A DNA stretch of 64,000 bases, taken from the NCBI RefSeq assembly GCF_036568425.1, contig NZ_DATCSO010000101.1, forward strand, positions 29,624-93,623, written 5' to 3'. Shown piece after piece: positions 63,790 through 64,000 of this stretch (position 1 is its first letter; every line of letters starts with the position of its first letter). The position numbers and the translations under genes are program-made. This DNA is from Salegentibacter sp. (GTDB lineage: Bacteria; Bacteroidota; Bacteroidia; Flavobacteriales; Flavobacteriaceae). Below the pieces are notes generated by a model. The model saw nothing but the letters and a program-made list of their open reading frames with translations. It searched no databases and was not told the DNA's origin.

Positions 63790-64000
63790 ATGGCAGGCGG
63801 ATCGAAAATCGCAATCTATGGTGCCATTGGCGCCAATACACTTATAGCAATCAGCAAATTTACAGCATCGTTTTTCACAGGTAGTTCTGCAATGATGGCC
63901 GAAGGAATTCACTCCCTGGTAGATACCGGGAATGGTCTTCTTCTTCTCCTGGGTATAAAACGTTCTAAACAGGAACCAGACGAAATGCATCCATTTGGTT
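63790..64000 (+). CDS. Cation diffusion facilitator (CDF) family transporter, N-terminal 70 codons; continues past the right edge
   Basis: Plus-strand ATG 63790: MAGGSKIAIYGAIGANTLIAISKFTASFFTGSSAMMAEGIHSLVDTGNGLLLLLGIKRSKQEPDEMHPFG. This is the typical CDF TM1-TM2 with the HSLxD metal-site motif. The track's minus-strand ORF 63775-63990 is its shadow. Confidence 0.8.
   Translation, partial: MAGGSKIAIYGAIGANTLIAISKFTASFFTGSSAMMAEGIHSLVDTGNGLLLLLGIKRSKQEPDEMHPFG

Noticed and set aside
63775-63990. Minus-strand 71-aa ORF at the right edge
   Set aside because: The opposite strand encodes a textbook CDF-transporter N-terminus starting at ATG 63790. The minus-strand ORF is its shadow.
1-64000. 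Mobile elements, prophage, genomic island, tRNA/rRNA genes
   Set aside because: I recognised no transposase, integrase, recombinase or phage-like ORF, no long inverted or direct terminal repeats, and no tRNA-like GTTCGAATC/T-loop strings in the intergenic gaps. Composition looks uniform by eye. A tRNAscan/Infernal run would be the decisive check.

Overview
AT-rich, gene-dense chromosomal segment that reads like a marine Flavobacteriaceae (Bacteroidota) genome. Supporting signs are a T9SS type-B sorting protein, a TamB/TamL pair, signal peptides ending in ..AQ or a lipobox Cys, and exact TAnnTTTG -7 promoter elements. I call 64 protein-coding regions. Two are cut by the window edges and six lie below the ORF-track size cut-off. 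I also call one decayed pseudogene, 11 hairpin terminators and 13 candidate promoters. I saw no rRNA, tRNA, CRISPR array, transposase, integrase or phage genes. Content is mostly housekeeping: thiolase, GalE, CysE/CysK, aspartokinase, Upp, PBP1A, TAM, transporters, redox enzymes and a cold-shock module. Three loci deserve a second look. (1) A stand-alone minus-strand cassette of three tandem micro-ORFs (31, 31 and 47 aa, very basic peptides) at 31.18-31.57 kb. Two form a ~122-bp tandem duplication whose differences are mostly synonymous. (2) A translationally coupled operon at 33.2-36.6 kb encoding a RimK-like ATP-grasp ligase, a GCS2 carboxylate-amine ligase and an N-formylglutamate-amidohydrolase-like protein. 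It is followed by an unannotated 57-aa acidic ORF ending in DD. (3) A SatD-like protein with nucleotidyl-cyclase-like motifs plus an HTH, coupled through TAATG to a DUF3307 membrane protein and preceded by TATAAG repeats at exact 29-bp spacing. All family assignments come from reading motifs by eye. No database search was run.
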